DNA of 64,000 nucleotides from Ramlibacter sp. (GTDB lineage Bacteria; Pseudomonadota; Gammaproteobacteria; Burkholderiales; Burkholderiaceae_C): NCBI GenBank assembly GCA_014376765.1, contig JACMQX010000001.1, positions 2,052 to 66,051 of the forward strand, read 5' to 3'. Shown piece by piece: positions 59,811 to 64,000 of this stretch (position 1 is its first letter; each line of letters starts with the position of its first letter). The notes under the pieces were generated by a model. It saw only the letters and a program-made list of their open reading frames with translations, ran no database searches and was not told where the DNA came from. The position numbers and the translations under genes were made by a program.

Positions 59811-60479
59811 CTACTTCAGCGGCACCGGAATCGCCGGCAGCGGATCGCCCAGCGGCTTGGTCCGCTCCGCCCGCTTTTTCTGGACACGCGCCTGGCGCTC
59901 GGCCGCATCCCTGATTTTCTGCTCCCGCCTGGCCGCCTCCTGAGGCGCTGCAGCAGCCTTGCTGGCCCTTGACGCCGCCTTGTCGGCCAGGTTCTTTTCC
60001 TTCTCCAGCCGGGCCTTCACGCGGGATTGAGCATTGGCCTCGTTCTCTCGCTCCGTCTCGTCTTTTTTGGCAGCCTTGTCATTGCGGATGCGCTGGTCAT
60101 TGAGCGATCGCTCGCGGCGCTCGGCGGCTTCGTCCTGTTTCTGTGGCGAAGCCTTTTCTTCCAGCCTGCGCATTTCATCAGCAGCGCGTCGCTTGCGCTC
60201 AGCGTCGTTGATCGATACGTCCTGGCGGCGCAGATCGGCCAGGCTCTCGCGGCGGCGCGCACGCGCCTCATTCAGGCATTCATTGACGACGAATTTTTTG
60301 TAGCAGCCCTTTTCTTCAGCCAGGTAGCGGGCATCAACCGCTGTGCGCTCCGATGAGATGCGGGCCCGCTCGATCTGCACCTGGCTCTGCGTCGGCTCCG
60401 CCCCTTGGGGCGCTTGCTGCTGCGCCTGAACGGCAGCGCAACACATCAGCAGCAGCGCGGAAATGATGATACTTTTCAT
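59811..60479 (-). CDS. Secreted, highly charged Arg/Glu/Lys/Ala-rich coiled-coil protein
   Basis: 222 aa with signal peptide MKSIIISALLLMCCAAVQA and a Cys pair (GCYKKFVVNEC). About 150 aa follow of ERR/KRR/EEK low-complexity helix. Its start overlaps the zapE stop by 4 nt. Confidence 0.65.
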   Translation of the reverse strand: MKSIIISALLLMCCAAVQAQQQAPQGAEPTQSQVQIERARISSERTAVDARYLAEEKGCYKKFVVNECLNEARARRRESLADLRRQDVSINDAERKRRAADEMRRLEEKASPQKQDEAAERRERSLNDQRIRNDKAAKKDETERENEANAQSRVKARLEKEKNLADKAASRASKAAAAPQEAARREQKIRDAAERQARVQKKRAERTKPLGDPLPAIPVPLK

Positions 60480-61576
60480 GTCAATCCAGTATCCACCATG
60501 CGGCGGTCCAGGGCCAGGAACTCGGCTGACTGCATTTCATTCAGCCGGGAGGCCGTGCGCGGAAACTCATGCGCCAGCGGCCCCTCGGTGTACAACGCCT
60601 CGGGCGCCACTTCTGCCGACATGATGAGCTTGACCCGCCGGTCATAGAGGACGTCCACCAGCCAGGTGAATCGCCGCGCCTCGGAGGCCATACGCACCGG
60701 CATATGCGGCACGTCGCTCAGCAGCACCGTGTGAAACTGGCTTGCGATCTCCAGGTAATCGTTCTGCGAGCGAGGCCCACCGCACAGGGTCTTGAAGTCA
60801 AACCAGACCACGCCGCCCGCCTTGCGCCGGGCCCTTATTTCGCGGGCCTCGATGTGCAGCACCGGGTTCTCTTCACTCGACTCTGCCAGTTTGGTGAAGG
60901 CTTCACTCATCTCGGCATCCGCCTTCGACCCGAGTGGCACGTGGTAAAGCTTGACCTGCTGCATGGTGCGGCGCCGGTAGTCGGTGCCGTTGTCTACGCT
61001 GATGACTTCCAGGTTGTCATTCAAAAGCGCTATGGCCGGCAGGATGCGGTCCCGGTGCATGCCACCGGGGTACAGATCATCGGGCTTGAAATTGGAGGTG
61101 GTGACAAAGCCCACCCCGTTGTCAAACAGTGCGCTCAAAAGCCGGTGCAGGATCATCGCATCGGTGATGTCGGCCACGTGAAACTCGTCAAAGCACAGCA
61201 GCCGGTAGCGCTTGGCCATGCGACGGCCCAGCTCGTCCAGCGGGTTGGGCGTGCCCTTCAGGTCGGCCAGTTCGCGGTGCACCTCGCGCATGAATTCGTG
61301 AAAGTGCAGCCGTGTCTTGCGCACGATCGGCACGGCGCTGTAGAAGCAGTCCATCAGGAAGCTCTTGCCCCGCCCAACCCCGCCATGCATGTAGACGCCA
61401 CGCGGAATGTCGGGGCGGTTGATCAGCTTTTTGAACGCGTTGGATCGCTGCTCCTTGTAGCCTGCCCACTCGGTGGCGCAGCGCTCCAACGCCTGGACTG
61501 CGCGCAACTGGGCGGGGTCACTGAGGTAACCCCGGGACTTGAGTTCCGCCTGGTACTGCTCGAGAACGGACGTCAC
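60476..61576 (-). CDS. zapE: Cell division protein ZapE (AFG1-family ATPase)
   Basis: 366 aa with Walker A GGVGRGKS and Walker B LLCFDEFHV. Conserved position downstream of lpdA. Confidence 0.9.
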   Translation of the reverse strand: MTSVLEQYQAELKSRGYLSDPAQLRAVQALERCATEWAGYKEQRSNAFKKLINRPDIPRGVYMHGGVGRGKSFLMDCFYSAVPIVRKTRLHFHEFMREVHRELADLKGTPNPLDELGRRMAKRYRLLCFDEFHVADITDAMILHRLLSALFDNGVGFVTTSNFKPDDLYPGGMHRDRILPAIALLNDNLEVISVDNGTDYRRRTMQQVKLYHVPLGSKADAEMSEAFTKLAESSEENPVLHIEAREIRARRKAGGVVWFDFKTLCGGPRSQNDYLEIASQFHTVLLSDVPHMPVRMASEARRFTWLVDVLYDRRVKLIMSAEVAPEALYTEGPLAHEFPRTASRLNEMQSAEFLALDRRMVDTGLT

Positions 61577-61577
61577 G

Positions 61578-63005
61578 TCAGAAGTTCAAGGTCCGGTTCT
61601 CTACCGCGAGCGCAGCTTCCTTGGTGGCCTCAGACAGCGAGGGGTGAGCGTGGCAGATCCGCGCGATGTCCTCACTTGACGCCCGGAACTCCATCGCCAC
61701 CACGGCCTCGGAAATCAATTCGCTGACCTGCGGGCCCACCATGTGGACACCCAGGATCTCATCTGTTGTGGCGTCCGCCAGGAACTTGACCATGCCGGTT
61801 GTGTCGCCCAACGCCCGCGCCCTGCCGTTGGCAAGGAACGGGAAGGTGCCGGCCTTGTAGGCACGGCCCGCGGCCTTTAGCTGCTGCTCGGTCTGGCCCA
61901 CCCAGGCAATTTCCGGGCTGGTGTAGATCACCCAGGGCACGGTGTTGAAGTTGACGTGACCGTGCTGGCCGGCAATGCGCTCGGCCACGGCAACGCCTTC
62001 TTCCTCCGCCTTGTGGGCAAGCATGGGGCCGCGCACGACGTCGCCCACAGCCCAGACATTGGGCAGGCTGGTTTTGCACTGTTCGTCCACCACGATTGCG
62101 CCGCGCTCGTCGAGCTTCAGGCCCACCGCTTCAGCATTGAGGCCAATGGTGTTGGGGACCCGCCCGATCGAGACGATGAGCTTTTCAACCTCCAGCAACT
62201 GCGCGCCGCCCTTGGCGTCGGTATAGGCAATGGACACGCCCTTTTTGCCTGACTTGATCTCGCCTACCTTCACGCCCAACTCGATCTTCAGACCTTGCTT
62301 GTCGAATGCCTTCTTGGCTTCCTTGGCGATCTGCTCGTCGACCGCGCCGAGGAAGGTGGGCAGGCCTTCAAGAATCGTCACTTCAGCGCCCAGACGCCGC
62401 CAGACTGAGCCCATCTCGAGGCCAATGACGCCCGAACCGATCAAGCCGAGTTTTTTGGGCAGCACGCCGATGCGAAGTGCACCGTCGTTGGACAAAATGT
62501 TTTCCTCATCAAAAGGCGTGCCGGCCAGGGCCCGGGCGTTGGAGCCCGTGGCCACGATGATGTGCTTGCCGGTGATGGTTTCTTCCGCCACTGCTGCCAC
62601 CTTGATCTCATAGCCTTCTGCACCGGCAGCGCCAAATGAGCCGCGGCCGTGAAAGAAGGTGATCTTGTTTTTCTTGAAAAGAAAAAGGATGCCGTCGTTG
62701 TTCTGCTTGACGACCTTGTCCTTGCGCTCGAGCATTTTCGCGAGGTCAAGCGACAGGCCCCTGACCTCAATGCCGTGATCGGCAAAATGCTTGCCCGCAT
62801 GCTCGTAATGCTCGGACGACTGCAGCAGTGCCTTGGACGGAATGCAACCCACATTCGTGCAGGTACCGCCGAGGGCGGGGGCGCCCTTGTCGTTCTTCCA
62901 CTCATCAATGCAGGCCACTTTGAAGCCCAGTTGTGCGGCGCGGATGGCGGCAATGTAGCCGCCAGGGCCGCCGCCGATGACGATGACGTCGAATTGTTTA
63001 CTCAT
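61578..63005 (-). CDS. lpdA: Dihydrolipoyl dehydrogenase (E3)
   Basis: 475 aa with GGGPGGY, the redox disulfide GGTCTNVGCIPSK and C-terminal HAHPSLSE. Confidence 0.95.
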   Translation of the reverse strand: MSKQFDVIVIGGGPGGYIAAIRAAQLGFKVACIDEWKNDKGAPALGGTCTNVGCIPSKALLQSSEHYEHAGKHFADHGIEVRGLSLDLAKMLERKDKVVKQNNDGILFLFKKNKITFFHGRGSFGAAGAEGYEIKVAAVAEETITGKHIIVATGSNARALAGTPFDEENILSNDGALRIGVLPKKLGLIGSGVIGLEMGSVWRRLGAEVTILEGLPTFLGAVDEQIAKEAKKAFDKQGLKIELGVKVGEIKSGKKGVSIAYTDAKGGAQLLEVEKLIVSIGRVPNTIGLNAEAVGLKLDERGAIVVDEQCKTSLPNVWAVGDVVRGPMLAHKAEEEGVAVAERIAGQHGHVNFNTVPWVIYTSPEIAWVGQTEQQLKAAGRAYKAGTFPFLANGRARALGDTTGMVKFLADATTDEILGVHMVGPQVSELISEAVVAMEFRASSEDIARICHAHPSLSEATKEAALAVENRTLNF

Positions 63006-63025
63006 GCAAATCTCCAGTTCCCGCG

Positions 63026-64000
<975 letters not shown>

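Noticed and set aside
59794-59811. GCTGCGA-GCAG-TCGCAGC hairpin between the convergent small ORF and the coiled-coil gene as a bidirectional terminator.
   Set aside because: There is no flanking T- or A-run on either side. The 3' arm overlaps the stop codon of the minus-strand gene. Evidence is too weak to annotate it.

Overview
64-kb chromosomal segment of a high-GC betaproteobacterium. Gene order resembles Burkholderiales/Comamonadaceae; that is inference from synteny, no search was run. From about 29.5 kb to the end it is mostly a conserved housekeeping backbone, largely on the minus strand: rlmB, tesA-like/mnmH, metC, purA-hisZ, hflCKX-hfq-der-bamB-yfgM-hisS-ispG-rodZ-pilW-rlmN-ndk, rluB-scpB, rluD/bamD, a DinG-family helicase, and zapE-lpdA-sucB (sucB truncated at the window end). 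The first ~25 kb is more accessory. It holds a CHRD lipoprotein and a PA2169-like stress protein, an Ldh_2 oxidoreductase, an MFS transporter, and a 1402-aa secreted protein with a Gly-rich N-terminal region and six DUF11 repeats. It also holds a divergent FtsH-family AAA+/M41 protease directly downstream of ahpCF, and a beta-oxidation cluster (acyl-CoA dehydrogenase, thiolase, FadB-like). The most unusual part is a visibly AT-richer islet at about 13.7-18.05 kb. It encodes a receiver-less OmpR/PhoB-type winged-helix protein followed by two large, diverged paralogous proteins (561 and 633 aa) with no motif I can recognise. Relics of both flanking genes at the junction between the copies show the pair arose by an in-situ tandem duplication. 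A second orphan pair sits at 22.9-24.7 kb. I found no rRNA, complete tRNA, CRISPR array, integrase or transposase. All family assignments come from reading motifs in the supplied translations, not from database searches.
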